The notes under the pieces were generated by a model. The model was not told where the DNA came from. It made no database searches and worked only from the letters and a program-made list of their open reading frames with translations. This document shows, piece after piece, positions 25,076 through 40,336 of a stretch of DNA of 64,000 bases. Source of the stretch: Dictyostelium discoideum (taxonomy: Eukaryota); assembly GCA_000004695.1 (NCBI GenBank), contig CM000150.2, forward strand, positions 3,776,001 to 3,840,000. The letters are read 5' to 3'. The stretch's first letter is position 1. Each line of letters opens with the position of its first letter. Position numbers and translations under genes: made by a program.

Positions 25076-26204
25076 ATGGAAAAAGAAAATTTGGAATTAG
25101 AAGAGCTTGAATTAAAAGAGAAATTAGATGAATCGATTAAAAGTAAAAATAGATTTTATTTTATTTTTTATTTTATTTATTTTATTTTATTTATTATTAA
25201 TAATATGTGTTTATTAATAATTTTACTTTTATTAAATTTTTAATAATTATTATTTTTTTTAAATTTTTTTTTTTTTTTTAGTTTGTAGAAGTAAAAGTGA
25301 AGAATTGGTTAATAATTTAAAATATTGTTTAGAAAGTAGAGATTTTGAAAAATTTAATGATTTTTTCGATCCAAAAGCAGTATTAAATCATTGTAATGAA
25401 GAGATAATTGGTAGAAATTTAATAAAGAATTCTATAAATGACCTTTATATTGATAAAGAATTAAAACTTTACAAAGTAAGAACATTGATTGATTCAAATC
25501 AAAGACATATTGCATGTGAATGGGTCACAAGAAGAAGAGATTTAAATAGTGATAACCAATATGACCAAGGTATGGCAAGTTGGTATTTAAAATTATCACC
25601 AAATGATTATACCGTTAAAACATGGTATATTTGGATTGACAGAGTTTTCGATGGTGATAAAGTCGCAAATTTACAAATACCAATACCAAAGGAATCAGGC
25701 TGGATACCATGTCCCATTCAGTATTATTCTCGTAAGGAGATGTCTGAATTCTTGCGTTTAAGAAGTCAATCGTTTGAAGAGGAGGATTTGGATTTGTGGG
25801 GATCATACATTCATGATGACATTGTTGTACGTCCACCTTGGAATGAACAGGTCAATAAGAATTGTTGTATCGAAGGTGCAAAAGAGTTCTTTAACAATTA
25901 TGATTCTCCATCCATATCGAAAATGGAGTTACTCTATGATGAAACTATTCCAAATTGGTGTGTTTACATTCAAATCTTTTCAAGTACAAATAAAAAAACT
26001 GGTAAAAAAGGTGAAGATATTGATTTTGTTTTCAATGAAATTATTGATGGTAAAGTTCGTTATTGGAGATCTTATTTCAATGCAAATTTTAATAAAATTT
26101 TTACTGAAAATAATTTTAACTTTTTCATTGAAACTTTATCAAAATGTTCAAAAAATCAAAAAAATTTAGAAAATCAAAAAAAATTAAATTCATCAAATAA
26201 TAAC

Positions 26205-26240
<36 letters not shown>

Positions 26241-26258
26241 GGTAGTGGTAAAGATTAA
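25076..26258 (+). CDS. hypothetical protein, possibly tandem NTF2/SnoaL-like domains; exons 25076..25142, 25282..26258
   Basis: ATG GAA AAA GAA AAT TTG GAA...ATT AAA A|gtaaaaatag gives a phase-1 donor. The acceptor ttttttttag|TT TGT AGA AGT AAA AGT GAA GAA TTG GTT joins in frame 0 to ORF 25305..26258, whose listed start is TTG, so the true N-terminus is the upstream ATG exon. No confident family assignment. Confidence 0.5.
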
Positions 26259-26689
26259 AAAAAAAAAAAAGAAAAAGAAAAAAAGAAAAAACCTAATTGA
26301 TAATATATATATTAATTTAACTTTATATATACAAGTTTAAATATTTTAATTAGTAAAAATAAAATTTAATGAGAAATAAAATAAATAAATAAATAAAAAA
26401 AAAAAAAAATTTATTGATAAAAAGGCACAAAAATTTAATTATTTTAATTTCCTAATAATCCATTTCAAATGGTTTTTTATATATTTTTTATAATAATAAT
26501 AAATTATTTTAATTGAATAAAAGAAATAATTTTTATTTTTATTTTTAATTTGGGTGTTTATTTTGATTTTTGGATAAAACAAATATTTGTTTTCTCCAAA
26601 AAAAAAAAAAAAAAAAATTTTTTAACCCTTTTTTTTTATTTTTTTTTTTTTTTTTTTTATTTTTAAATTTCCCTCACCCAAATCATTTT

Positions 26690-26723
<34 letters not shown>

Positions 26724-26779
26724 CTTATTTGTTTTTTATTTATTTAAATAAAATCAAATATATATATATTATTTTTAAA

Positions 26780-27589
<810 letters not shown>

Positions 27590-27701
27590 AATTTTTCAAA
27601 GAATTTATAAAAATAAAAATAAAAATAAATTAAAATTTAATTATAAAAAAAATAAAAAAAAAATAAAAAAAAAAATAAAATTTTTGATCATGGTAATGTT
27701 C

Positions 27702-27732
<31 letters not shown>

Positions 27733-27771
27733 TAATTTTCCCACATTTTCAGTTAATAAAAAAAATAAATA

Positions 27772-28667
<896 letters not shown>

Positions 28668-29347
28668 ATATCTTCAAAATTATAAATTCAAATAAATTCA
28701 AATAAATTAATTAAATAAAATTAAATAAATATAAAAAAAAAAAAAAAAACTATAATTTCTTCAGATTTTTATTATAATTTCTAAATTTATTATATATATA
28801 TTAGATTGTTTACCTTTTTTTTTTTTTTTTTGTTTATTTAAATCAAAAATTTTATTTTTAGAATTTAATTATTTATCATTCATTTTTGTATATGTTTTTT
28901 ATTTTGAACAAAGAGAGGGAATATATTTTTTTTAAAAAAAGATTAAAAAAAAAAAAAAATATTGGTTGGCACCTCTGTTTTTTAAATTTTTATTAAAACT
29001 GATTAACCTGATAAAACTGTAATGACAGTACCTGTTAAACCTTTACCTGTTAACCTAAAAATAAAAATAAAAAATAATAATAAATATTAAAAATAGATTT
29101 TTTAAATTAAAAACACTTATTGGTGTTGCAATATAATTGTGTAAATACAATTATTGTAAAATATTTATATAATAATAATAATAATGTTTAGAAAAATTTA
29201 AAATTAGACTTTTATCACCCAAGTGGGAAAAATTCACATGGTGAGTTTTTAATGTCTTTTTCTTAAGATTTATTTTAATTATTTTATTATGTTATAATTT
29301 ATATATCAAATTGTTGTGGAAATGTTCAACATTTGTTGGGGCTTTAG

Positions 29348-29378
<31 letters not shown>

Positions 29379-29488
29379 ACTGGAAAAAGTTTAATCTAAT
29401 TAGTGAATATTTTTAAATCAGATTTATGAATTGTTTTAAAATCTTTTTTTTGTTTGATTTAAAAAATGAAAAAATTTTAAAGAACTGG

Positions 29489-29538
<50 letters not shown>

Positions 29539-30513
29539 GGAACACGTAGAATCAAATTTGGCAAAATCGAGTTTGTAGAGTATTTAATACAATAAGGATG
29601 TAAAGTTTATTTTACAATCTTTTGTCAAAAAAAAATAGTGCGAAATGAATAAAATATTACAAGAATTTAATGATAATAATTCAAACACATTAACATTTCT
29701 TAATAAAATTGTTTTGTTTTAAAAAAAAAAAAAAAAAATTAAAAATTAAAAAAAAAAAAAACAATGATAATAATGATAAAACTGTTAATGATATTTGAAC
29801 ATAAAAAAAAAAAAAAAACTAAAAATAAAACATATTTTTTTTAACCCCAAAATAAAAAGAAAATAAAAGATTTTTTTTTTTTTGGGAATTAAAGAAAAAG
29901 AAAAGAGTAGTGCACAACAAAATGTCAATAAACCGAGTGTTTCCTGAAAACAGAGAAAAATTCGATAATTTAAATTTTGGATTTTTTTTTTTTAAAATTT
30001 CTAAACCTTTTTTGATGATCACAATATTTTAAAAACATGATACTCGCTTTTAAAAAAAAAAATATGAAATCTTTTATTTGAAAAAAATAATTTATTCGTG
30101 CGAGTCAAAAAAAAAAACTAGGATTGGTTTACTACTTGGAGTGAGTGCATATTCGTGAACGAAAGGGGTTATCTCAGAAAAATAAAAATAAAAAAAAAAA
30201 AAAAAAAAAATTTCTCAACTGATTCAGATATTTTAAAAAAAAAAACTCAATCATTGATTGGCTATTTTAAATGATTGCGGGGTTTCGTTTGCAATTTTTT
30301 CAACGAATGAATGAGCTATGAGTTATTGCTGATATTTATCATTATTTTTTTTTTTTATATAATATTTAAATTTTATTTTTTATTTTAATTTTATTTATTT
30401 TTTATTTTTTTTTTTTATTTTTATTTTTTTTTTTTCCATATAAAATAAATTTTTTTTTTTTAAATTCTTCATATATATTTTTACAAACAAAAACTGTAAC
30501 ATTAAAAAAAAAA

Positions 30514-31971
30514 ATGAATAAAATTTTAATTTTATTTATTTGTGTATTATCATGTTTTATTAATAGTGCTCAATCATTAACTTTACCTCAATTAACAGCT
30601 CAAATTAATGGTAAAGTAATTTCACAATCTTCACCAGACTTTAACAATGCTCGTTTTGGTTACAACTATCGTTATAATAGAGTACCACAAATTATTGTTC
30701 AACCATTAGATACTGCATCAGTTGTTTTAGCTTTAGAATATGCTCAAACCAATAACCTCTTAGTATCAGTCAAATCAGGTGGTCATTCAGCCATTGCTGA
30801 AGGTGTTCAAGATCTTCGTGTTGTTATCGATGTTTCACAAATGAAACAAATTTCATACGACCCAGTTTCAAATATTATCACCACCCAAAGTGGTAATAAA
30901 TGGGTTGAAGTTTACAACTACACAATCAATCAACATCAAGTTGCCACACCAGGTGGTTCATGTCCATCCGTTTCAGTTGGTGGTTTAACATTAGGTGGTG
31001 GTGCCAATGATCTTTCAACCGTACACGGTCTTGCCACTGATAACGTTGTTGAATTAGAAGTTGTTCTTGCCAATCGTTCAGTTGTCATTGCTAACGAACA
31101 AACCAATGTTGATCTTTTCTGGGCTCTTCGTGGTGGTGGTCATGGTGGTTTTGGTATTGTTACCCTCTTCAAATTCAGAGCTCATCCAGTTCTCCCAACT
31201 TATTACAGCGCTTGGATTACCTATGCATGGTCTGATTTTGAAGATGTTTTAACCTATGTCAACACATTCTCTGAAACTATGCCAAACACTGTCAATCTTT
31301 ACTTCACCGCTTGGAGAAGTTCAAATGCCACAAATCCATCAGTTGCCCTCTCATGTTTCTTCAATGGTCCATCTCAACTCGGTGAAAGCCATTGTGGTTC
31401 ATTCAGAAACTTCTCTGGTTCTAAAAGAAACACCTATATCACTCCAGTCACCATCTCTGTAACAAACGCCTCATACTATGAAACCGTCAAAAATGGTACT
31501 GATCCAAAAGCAAGATCATCATACACTAGTGGTTCTTTCCTCACTGGTATCGATAAAAAAGTCATTAAAAATATTAAAACTCAATTGGAGAAATCACCAG
31601 TCACTCCATACACTTTCAACACTGCTAGATTAAATTTATACTGGCAAGGTGGTCAAATGCTCAACCAAGCTAGAGATTACAATGCTTACGTTCATCGTAC
31701 TTATCCATGGAATGCCGTTTGGTTAGTAAGTTATACTGGTGGTGAATTTGAAGAACCATACAGAAAATGGATTAAACAAACCTATCGTAAATTTGAATCA
31801 TTCTCTGAAGGTGTTTATCAAAATTATCCAGATGAAAATAATCTCGATAATTGGGCTGAAGCTTATTATATGGAAAATTATCCAAAATTACAAGTTGTTA
31901 AAGCTACTTATGATCCAAATAATTACTTTAGATTTGCTCAATCAATTGGTTCACCATCATTATCATCATAA
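30514..31971 (+). CDS. secreted FAD-linked oxidase, berberine-bridge-enzyme-like (PCMH-type FAD-binding + BBE C-terminal domain)
   Basis: A 485-aa ORF with a signal peptide (MNKILILFICVLSCFINSA), the SGGHS covalent-FAD His motif, GGSCPSVSVGGLTLGGG, and a BBE-type C-terminus (YQNYPD...NW...NYPKLQVVKATYDPNNYFRFAQSI). Codon usage is shifted to C/T-ending codons, as in highly expressed Dictyostelium genes. Confidence 0.8.
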   Translation: MNKILILFICVLSCFINSAQSLTLPQLTAQINGKVISQSSPDFNNARFGYNYRYNRVPQIIVQPLDTASVVLALEYAQTNNLLVSVKSGGHSAIAEGVQDLRVVIDVSQMKQISYDPVSNIITTQSGNKWVEVYNYTINQHQVATPGGSCPSVSVGGLTLGGGANDLSTVHGLATDNVVELEVVLANRSVVIANEQTNVDLFWALRGGGHGGFGIVTLFKFRAHPVLPTYYSAWITYAWSDFEDVLTYVNTFSETMPNTVNLYFTAWRSSNATNPSVALSCFFNGPSQLGESHCGSFRNFSGSKRNTYITPVTISVTNASYYETVKNGTDPKARSSYTSGSFLTGIDKKVIKNIKTQLEKSPVTPYTFNTARLNLYWQGGQMLNQARDYNAYVHRTYPWNAVWLVSYTGGEFEEPYRKWIKQTYRKFESFSEGVYQNYPDENNLDNWAEAYYMENYPKLQVVKATYDPNNYFRFAQSIGSPSLSS

Positions 31972-32024
31972 ATTTTTAAAAAAAATAATAAAATAAAAAT
32001 TATTTAATTTAGCGATATATTTAA

Positions 32025-32099
<75 letters not shown>

Positions 32100-33034
32100 T
32101 ATTTTTATTTCTAAAAAAAAGATTTTATTTTTAAAAAAAAAAAAAAAAGTGGTAAAGATTGTGTGTCTTTTTCTTTTTTTTTTTATAAACATAAAATTAA
32201 TTTTTTTTTTTTTTTTTATTTTATGGGTTTAAAATCCAGAATACCATAATTATACTACTTTTTATTTTTTTTTTTTTTTAAATTGTTTTATTTTTTTTTT
32301 TTTATGGAATCATTCGATTACTTGAACCTTATATAAAAATTAATTTAGATTTTTTTTAAAAATTTATTTTTAATAAATTGCGACATAAAGCTCGAGAATG
32401 ATGTTTTTTTTTTATTTTTTTTTTTTTTTTAATTTGACCAGCACTAACCTAACGCCATCATTTATTGAATAATGTCATACGTAATACCAGAGACAGAATT
32501 TTCATACAAAATAAAAAATAAAAAAAAAAAAAAAAATAATAAAAATTAATTTATTTTTTTTTTTTATTTTTTTTATTATTAAACACATACACACACTACA
32601 TCCAGAGTAAAATTTTTTTTTTATTCTTTTTTATTTTCTATTCCATTTTTATTACAAAACAAAAAAAAAAAAAACAAAAAAAATTTTATTTGTATTAATT
32701 TAAATATTTGCAAAAATAAAATAAAACAAAACAAAACAAAATATAAAAAAACAAAAATAAAAAATAAATTTATTAAAAAAAAAAAAAAAATAAAATAAAA
32801 TAAAAATAAAAATTTGTTTCATTACTCCATAGTATCGACATCTCGGTAAGTTTTTTTTTTTTTTTTTTTATTTTTTTTTTTTTTTTATTTTTTAATTTCC
32901 TTTTTTCTAATTTTTTTTTTTTATTTTTTTTATTTTTTTCAATATATAACCCTTATACCATTAATATATATAATATTACACAAAAAAAGTAGAACCAAAT
33001 AAAATTAAAAGAAATCTTAAAAATATTAAAAGAA

Positions 33035-33411
33035 ATGGAATCAACAGCATCAACAAGCGATAGTGCATCCGCCATAACCACTGGTTTAAGTGAAGTAGAC
33101 ATTAATCAACAATCTCCACCAATTATACTTAAAGAGGGTGAGATTTTTGACCCATTAAAAAATTTAAATGAAAAACAATTAGAAGCATTCAAAGAGATTA
33201 AATCAAATTTCTCAGATTTAACTGATCCAACTGATATTGCATTTTGTACAGATATGTGTTTTTTAAGATATTTAAGAGCTAGAAATTATATTGTTTCAAA
33301 ATCTGAAAAAGTAAGTTTTTTTTTAAAATTAATTAATTTAAAAAAATAAAAAAAATAAAAAAATAATAAAAAAATAAAACTTTTACTAATCGAATTTCAA
33401 ATTTATTTTTT

Positions 33412-33450
<39 letters not shown>

Positions 33451-33882
33451 GATTTCTAAAATTTTTTTTATTATTTATTTTTAGATGTTAAGAGACACAT
33501 TAGAATGGAGAAAGAAATTTAGACCACAAGATATCCAATTAGGTGGTGATATTAGAGAAATTGGTTCAGCTGGTTGTGTTTATGTAAATAAAAGAGACAA
33601 AAAAGGAAGACCAATCATTTTTGCAGTTCCAAGAAATGATACACTCAAAAATGTACCAAGTGAACTCAAATTTAAAAATTTAGTTTATTGGTTAGAACAA
33701 GGTTTCAGTCGTATGGATGAACCAAAAGGTATTGAACAATTTTGTTTCATTGTCGATTATAAAGATTTCGGTAGTGGTAATATGGATATGAAAACAAATT
33801 TAGAAGCTATGCACTTTTTATTAGATCATTGTCCAGAAAGAATGGGTCAATCTTTATTCCTTGATGTATGTATTATTAATTA

Positions 33883-33943
<61 letters not shown>

Positions 33944-34441
33944 TTTTTTTTGGTATTAATAATTTTATTTTTTTTTTTTTTTATTTTTTTTTTTTTTTTT
34001 TAGCCACCAGCACTCTTTTGGTTTGCATGGAAAATTATTTCACCATTTTTAAATGAAGTTACACTTTCAAAAGTTAGATTTATAAATAGTAAAAAAGTTG
34101 ATGGAAAAAGAACTTTTGCAGAATTATTAGAATATGTTGATATTGAAAATTTGGAACAAAATTTAGGTGGTAATTTAGATTATAATTACAATATCGATGA
34201 ATACTTGAAAGAAAATCCAGATCCAATCGTAGATACTCCACCAATCACTTTTTCAACTGAAACAGATTCAAAAAAACAAAAGAAAGAAAAGAAAAAAGAA
34301 GAAAAAGAAAAGAAAAAAGAAGAAAAAGAAAAGAAAAAAGAAGAAAAAGAAGAGAAAAAGAAAGAAAAAGAAGAGAAAAAGAAATTAAAGAAAGAAGCAT
34401 CTTTTACTAAACAACAAGAAAATGCTGATGAAGTTGATTAA
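33035..34441 (+). CDS. SEC14-like CRAL-TRIO lipid-binding protein with K/E-rich C-terminal tail; exons 33035..33310, 33485..33865, 34004..34441
   Basis: CRAL-TRIO N-terminal motif [17 protein letters not shown]|gtaagt. The acceptor ttttag|ATG TTA AGA GAC ACA TTA GAA TGG AGA AAG continues with [11 protein letters not shown] and ...QSLFLD|gtatgt. The third exon begins tttag|CCA CCA GCA CTC TTT TGG TTT GCA TGG AAA ATT ATT TCA CCA TTT and ends with an (EKEKKKE)n tail. All junctions are phase 0. Confidence 0.75.
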
Positions 34442-34509
34442 ATTTAATTTAATTTTTGTTACACCTTTTTTTAAAAAAACATTGTTAAATTTCCATTTGT
34501 TGTAAATAA

Positions 34510-34556
<47 letters not shown>

Positions 34557-34810
34557 ATATCTTTTTTAAATAAAACCCGATTCATATTTATTGATTATCA
34601 AATCAATAAATAAATTACCATTTTAATTTTAATTTTTATTATTATTTTTTCCAGATATTTCAAAGTTTCGTTTAAAACGTTTTTTTTAATTAGAAAATAT
34701 TTTTTTTTTTTTTTTTTTTATTTTTTTTTTTTTTATATTTTTTTTTTTTTTTTTAATCATATTTTTTTTTTTTTTATTTAAAAATAATTATAAAATAAAT
34801 TTTCTATAAA

Positions 34811-36257
34811 ATGGAAGAATATACAGATTCAGGAGAAGATAAAAATGTATATAGTGATGATGATAATGATTATTTTACGGCATCAACACAAAATAATAGA
34901 ACCTCAAAGAATACTGATTCCTCTCCTTTGGATCCAAAAGTAAATACTTGTTTTTAAACAATAATTATAATAATAATAGTAATATTAATAATAAATAAAT
35001 AATAATAAATAATAGTAATCTATTATTATTATTCTTACTAATATTAGTAATGATATAATGAATTACTCAATTTGTTGTAAAATTTTTTTTTTTAAAAAAA
35101 AAAAAAAGAGATTAGCAGAAGAAATGTCAAAAATTCAACCAAAACATGAAAAAGAGAAAAAAAAATTATTTGAATCATATTATAAGACAAGAGAAAATGA
35201 AGAAAATGGTGCTGATAATCATTGTTTTAAATTTAATAAAATATATACAGATTTAAAATTTGATTATAGTGTATTGGTATCGGGTTTTGGTAGTAAAATT
35301 CAATTAATTGAAACCTTTGTAAAAGAATTTTGTACTGATGGTCCTTCACTTCATTTTAAAGGTTATTTACCAAATTTAAGTGTTAGAGATGTATGTTTTT
35401 TTTTTTATTTTTTTTCAATTCTTTATTTTTGTTTAGAAAAAAAAAAAAAAAAAAAAAAAAAATAATATTAATATAAATATTTTTTAATTTTATTTAGTTA
35501 TTATATAAAATTACTTTTTCATTATTTGGTATTGACAAAAAGATAGCATCACCAATTGCACATTGTAATTTTATAAAGAGTATATTTGAAAGTGGTAGTA
35601 TGGATATTAATAAAATGAGACAAACATTTGGTGGTAGATTTGATTATGGAATACCTGATCATGTTTATGTTGTAATTCATAATATTGATGGATATTCATT
35701 AAGAAATGAAACTAGTCAATTAACATTAGCATTATTAGCAACTATACCTCAAGTACATATGATTGCAACAATAGATGCAATAGGTGCACAATTATTATGG
35801 GATAATAGAATGTTATCAAATTTCAATTGGACAACTTATTCAATGCCAACTTATCAACCATATGATTTAGAATTATCTTATGATACAAACACCAAAGGTG
35901 GTGGTGGTGGCGGTGGTATTGGTAGTAAATCTTCAAGTGGTACCAATAAGAATTTACAACCATCAACAATTTTAACCGTTTTGAAAAGTTTAACTGAAAT
36001 TTCAACAGATATATTCAAAGAATTATTAACTTATCTAATTAAGAAAAAGAAAAATAAAATGGAATTTAAAATACTTTTTGATATTTGTAGAGACGCATTT
36101 TTAGTTAGTTCTGAATCTGGTTTAAAAACTCAACTTCGAGAATTTATTGATCATAAAATTATTATTCAAAAAGAAATTGGTGATACAACTTTTTTAATTA
36201 TTCCAATTGAAACTTCTGTTATGGAAATTATTTTATCACAATTAGAAAATTCAATAT

Positions 36258-36262
<5 letters not shown>
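34811..36262 (+). CDS. orcB: origin recognition complex subunit 2 (ORC2); predicted exons 34811..34939, 35109..35390, 35498..36262 (~391 aa)
   Basis: The ORC2 C-terminal domain is recognisable: DYSVLVSGFGSKIQLIETFVKEF...GPSLHFKGYLPNLSVRD|gtatgt; ttatttag|LLYKITFSLFG...VYVVIHNIDGYSLRNETSQLTLALLATIPQVHMIATIDAIGAQLLWDNRMLSNFNWTTYSMPTYQPY. Exon 1 (MEEYTDSGEDKNVYSDDD...LDPK|gtaaat) and the exon-2 acceptor at 35108 were chosen by phase. The exon-2 start is the least certain point. Confidence 0.65.
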
Positions 36263-36296
<34 letters not shown>

Positions 36297-36396
36297 TAAT
36301 TAATAATAAAAAATATATAAATATTTTTGTAAATTTTAAAAAATTAGTTTTATGGTTTTATAAATTTCTTTAAACAATTTGTTTTATTATTAAATA

Positions 36397-36452
<56 letters not shown>

Positions 36453-36472
36453 CCTATTTTTTAGATTTTAAT

Positions 36473-39400
36473 TCAATTTGAATTTGAACTTGAAGCACCT
36501 TCATAAGAATGATCTTCATGTTGATCATAAACAGAATTTGATTGAAATCTAATTAAAATAAATAATCTATCATCTTCACGTAACATAGTCGATGGTGAAG
36601 GATTTGTTAGTACATAACGAGTGATTTCATCATTATGAGAATCAAGATCATCAATTAAATGAGGAGGTAAACCTGATACAACTGGATTGATTGGTGTATT
36701 CATATTAGTTTTTTGAGAAGTACCAGAGGCATCTATTGGAGTTGAATTGTAACTATTGTTTAGATCTTGATTTGGGGAGGAAGCACCATTTACAGTATTC
36801 TTATTAGCACCACCACCTTTATGATGAGTTCTAAATAAAGCTATACAAATTATATTTGATTCGACTAAACTTTCAAATAAGTAACCAAATCTATGATGAT
36901 AGAAATGTTCAGGTAATGGTACTTGAAATACTTTGGTAACACTTTTTTTGAATTGATTATCAGTGTTCATACCAACCAATACACTAATCATACTTAATAA
37001 ATGTGGATTAAAGAAACATTGACATAATAAACTATCGAAAACTGAACTAAGGAAAACATTACCAGCTGCGAATGATGGTGAATGATAAAATGGTTGATTT
37101 TGTTTCCAATTGAAATTACCAGGTAAGAATTTCATATTTAAAGGTTCAGAGATTTCATAGATTGGAAATATTTTAATATTTTTTCTAGCTACTTCTCTTA
37201 TACAAACCATTGATAATAATGTTTCACGATCATTGAATAATAATTCTTCAGAGTTTGCATCATGAGTGAGTACGACGATCTTTGAACATTTATAGACACC
37301 AGCTCTTTTCAAATCACTAAATTCATAACATTTACCTTCAACTACATAAATCTCTGGATAACTTTCAATATATTTCCATTGATCTTCTGTTAGTTTTGGT
37401 GTTAAAATGACGATTGGTTCATAACGTCTAATATGACCTTCTCTAAGTGGTGAAATGAAATTTTCAATACAATCAACTGATGAACCTGCAATGATAATAT
37501 GATTTCTAATATTATCCATTGATTCTACACTATCTACAATACAATCATCTAAAAAGTGAGAACCCCAAAATCTTTTTGGTAATCTACTTGAAAATAAATC
37601 ATTTGAAGGTGGTTGTGGTATATCGGTCATTAAACTAGTTGAATTACCAGTAGTTGTACTAAAATCCATACTTGGTGGTCTACCAATAGTTTGATGTAAA
37701 TGTATATCGGTACTATTTAATGGATTAAAGTTATTGGAAGCAGCGGCAATATTATTAGTAGTATTATCTTCAAAATCAATTGAAGAATTACGTTTATGAT
37801 GTTGATGATGATGTTGTTGTTGTTGTTGTTGTTGTTGTTGTCTATGTTGACCATTTGTTAAAAATGTAAAATTATCAACACCAACAGTACCATTTGTATC
37901 AGTTGTAAGACCACCACCAATACTTGTTGTTTTTTGAAAAGTATTTTTTGAAATTGTATCATCACTACTATCAGTATTACCATTTAAAATATCTCTTTTC
38001 TTTTCTAATAACATTCTTCTTAATGATTTTTTATTCGTATTTTTATTATGAGATTTTGGTATGAATTTTAATTTACATTGATAAGATTTATCAATTGGAT
38101 CATATTCCCAAACCAATTTACAATCTTTATCCAATATACCAATTTCAGTATTACGTAGATTTGTTTGTTTAATTGCTTCAATCTTTCTTTTGACCAATTC
38201 AGTACCACAAAATTTAATTCTTTTAGATTGAAGTTTATTCTTTGCCAATAATACACCATAGGTACCTTCTTGAATGATGAATGAATTCTTTGGATTAATT
38301 TTAATTCTACGTTTATCACCACTTTGAACTTCTATACCAAAAATGATCATACCAAAAGTTTCATAAACCAATTGAACCACTTGTGAGAATGTTAAACCAT
38401 AGAATGCACTTGAAAAAGGTTGAGTGAAAATTTCATAAGAATTACCACTTGCATATTCATCGGAATCATTATATTTCTCAAGATCTGATCTTAATAAATT
38501 CATAACCAATGTGATAAAACCTGGTGAAATACAAGATTGTGCTAAAAGATTCATTTTTAATTCTTGTACTGATACTACTTGAGTTGCACCTGCAGCAATC
38601 ATTTTTCTCTTTAATCTTGGTACCATTGCTTGAGCGAAAATTGGTATAGTTGCATTGAATGATCTAACAGACATCACTCTTAAAATGTTTTCATTATCAT
38701 CTTGTTGTGAATGATTTAATGATTTCTTAGAGAAAATGAAAACTGCTTTCGATCGATCCAATTTAACCCTTTGAACATCTTGTTGACTACCTATTGAACC
38801 TTTGAAAAAGAAATATCTTTTTTTAATTCTATTGGTTAAAGAATCCCAAAATGAAGGTTGGTCAACATTTGATAGAATAATCACTGGCATTTCACCAATT
38901 CTAGAATTAAAGAAGAATTCCCTTAGAAATGTGGTTAAAGAACTTTCGAAAATGTTACCAATGATAGTTACAAATTTCTTCTTTTTAGATGGTTTATATT
39001 CACCATTCCATGATTTAGTTGCTGAAAGTACTGCAATTAATTTACCAGTTTGAACAGGTAAATAACCCAATGCAACCATAATCATTAAAATCGCTACCAT
39101 TCTACCCAATGTTGATCTTGGTGTTATATCACCATAACCAACGGTTGACAATGATACAACTGCATAATAAATTGAATCATGAAATTTAATACCTTCAATT
39201 TCACATATCATTGATGCAAATAAAATAATTAATATAATAATCGATAATATCAATTGAATTATTTGTTTCAATACTGATGTTGCGCCATGAAGTTTAAATA
39301 ATCTTGGAGCTTTTAAAATTCTTAAAACTCTTAAAAATCCTAATGGTGTTACTGGAATTGATGGTATCATTGTAATTAAAATTGGTACAATTGTAATAAT

Positions 39401-40336
39401 ATCTAAAATTGTATTTTTTTTTTTAAAAAATTTAATTCTTTTTTTTTAAAAAAAAAAAAATAAAAATAAATTAATAAATAAATAATTTATAAATAATTAA
39501 TAAAATATATATATTTATTATTAATATTTTTTATTTTTTTTTTATTTTTTTTTTTATTTTACTTACTTATCTTTTGCAAAAATAAAAATTCTAACAAAAT
39601 CAAAACAAAAATAAGCAGAAATTGCAACAACAACATGATTAATTTGACGAACTCTAAAATTATTAGTAATTTCATCTTGAGTGATTGGATATTTTACCAT
39701 ATTTGGTAAATAAGATAAAGCAATGAATAAACCAATTGAAACTATTGATAGGAAAATATTGATATGTTCAAGTACGAAATCAACTCTTTGATAAGTTTCT
39801 TTATATGCTTTTAAATATAATCTCTTTTTTTTATCTTCTTCAAAATTTACTATATCATTATTTTCAAATGAATTCTCATCAATTTCTTCGATTGAACCAT
39901 CTGAATCTGAATCTGAATCTGAATTCTCCAAATGTGATGATACACCCAATACAGTATCCTTTTGATGATTTCCTGTTAATTGTTGTTCATAAACTTCATT
40001 TTGATCTCTAAATGATTCATTATAAAATGATGATTGCTTTAAATAACCTTCATCATCAAATCTTGATTTATTAAAATCAACTTTTGGTATTATTTTATCT
40101 GCATTCAAATTTGGACTACTCCTATTAATTGATTCATTAATATTTACAATTTTACTAACTCTTCTTTCTCTAATTCCATTATTATTATCATTTAAATTAT
40201 TATTATTACTATTATTATTATTATTTTTTAAAATACTATTATTATTATTATTATTATTTTTATCACCATCACCTATATTATTTCCATTATTGATAATAGG
40301 GGATGGTGATGGCTTTTTTCCTTCCTCTTCATCCAT
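36473..40336 (-). CDS. large-conductance Ca2+-activated (BK/Slo-like) potassium channel alpha subunit; two exons (approx. 39567..40336 and 36473..~39410), junction uncertain
   Basis: ORF 39563..40336(-) encodes S1-S2 (INIFLSIVSIGLFIALSYL; INHVVVAISAYFCFDFVRIFIFAKDK) and ends at gtaagt. ORF 36473..39370(-) plus upstream open frame encode S3 (ILDIITIVPILITM), S4 (LGFLRVLRILKAPRLFKL), the pore TVGYGD, S6, and an RCK/Slo-type cytoplasmic region (VTIIGNIFESSLTTFLREFF...MPVIILSN...). Confidence 0.65.

Noticed and set aside
29560-29960. Short ATG-initiated ORFs (24-44 aa) in the 28670..30513 spacer
   Set aside because: They are AT-rich and low complexity, with no conservation or splice context. They are more likely untranslated upstream sequence of the oxidase gene.
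38068-39053. ORFs 38068..38322(-) and 38802..39053(+)
   Set aside because: They are embedded in, or antisense to, the K+ channel coding exon in other frames.
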